A program made the position numbers and the translations under genes. DNA of 63,518 nt, the filler included, from Octopus bimaculoides (Eukaryota): the NCBI RefSeq assembly GCF_001194135.2. It is 6 parts of 6 records of this genome, joined end to end, with 100 filler letters (N's around TTAATTAATTAA, not from the genome) between each part and the next. Parts side by side here need not be neighbours in the genome. Positions count along the whole stretch, not along the records: positions 62,397 to 63,518 come from NW_026410926.1; 5 more parts are not named here. One strand, 5' to 3'. Shown here piece after piece: positions 63,331 through 63,518 of the stretch (positions are counted from its first letter, which is position 1; every line of letters starts with the position of its first letter). Below the pieces are notes generated by a model. That model searched no databases and was not told where the DNA came from. It was given only the letters and a program-made list of their open reading frames with translations.

Positions 63331-63518
63331 AAATCCTTATATTTATAAACAAACGAACACATATTAACAGAGGATATAGATAATACAGGCACTCCCTATA
63401 CGCACACATGCACTTACAAAAACATAGATACATTGAAGGATACGCATATGCATGCGTAGACACATACGATAAGAATACAAAATACAAAATGGCTGATAGT
63501 TAGCAAGGTGAGACACAC

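Overview
This is eukaryotic, AT-rich, microsatellite-saturated scaffold sequence; roughly a tenth is N-gap, including five artificial 100-bp N44-TTAATTAATTAA-N44 spacers. The SINE repertoire and microsatellite load look like a coleoid cephalopod, most likely Octopus (inference from recall, no search run). I find no protein-coding gene I can identify, no rRNA or true tRNA gene, and no CRISPR array. The window reads as intergenic or deep-intronic DNA built from layered transposon fossils. DNA elements: a near-complete Chapaev3-like (CMC) element with a nested hAT, two Helitron RepHel fragments, a DD37D maT element with a nested Tigger-like MITE, three mariner transposase relics and two mariner MITEs. 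Retroelements: four R4/Dong-like fragments, RTE, Tx1/L1 and CR1/L2 fragments, four Penelope-like fragments, and many tRNA-derived SINEs whose heads and tails are shuffled between families. The most notable observations are two minimal type-I hammerhead ribozyme motifs at Penelope 3' ends, the modular SINE system, an in-frame RTE/R4 junction next to an inverted RTE 3' end, a nested inverted-repeat and local triplication at 18.9-22.6 kb, and an interstitial telomeric array exactly at a SINE breakpoint. A few candidate exons are listed at low confidence. All family assignments come from manual translation and recalled motifs; SINE family labels A-D and tail labels T1-T3/E are my own working names. 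Coordinates of degenerate elements are approximate.
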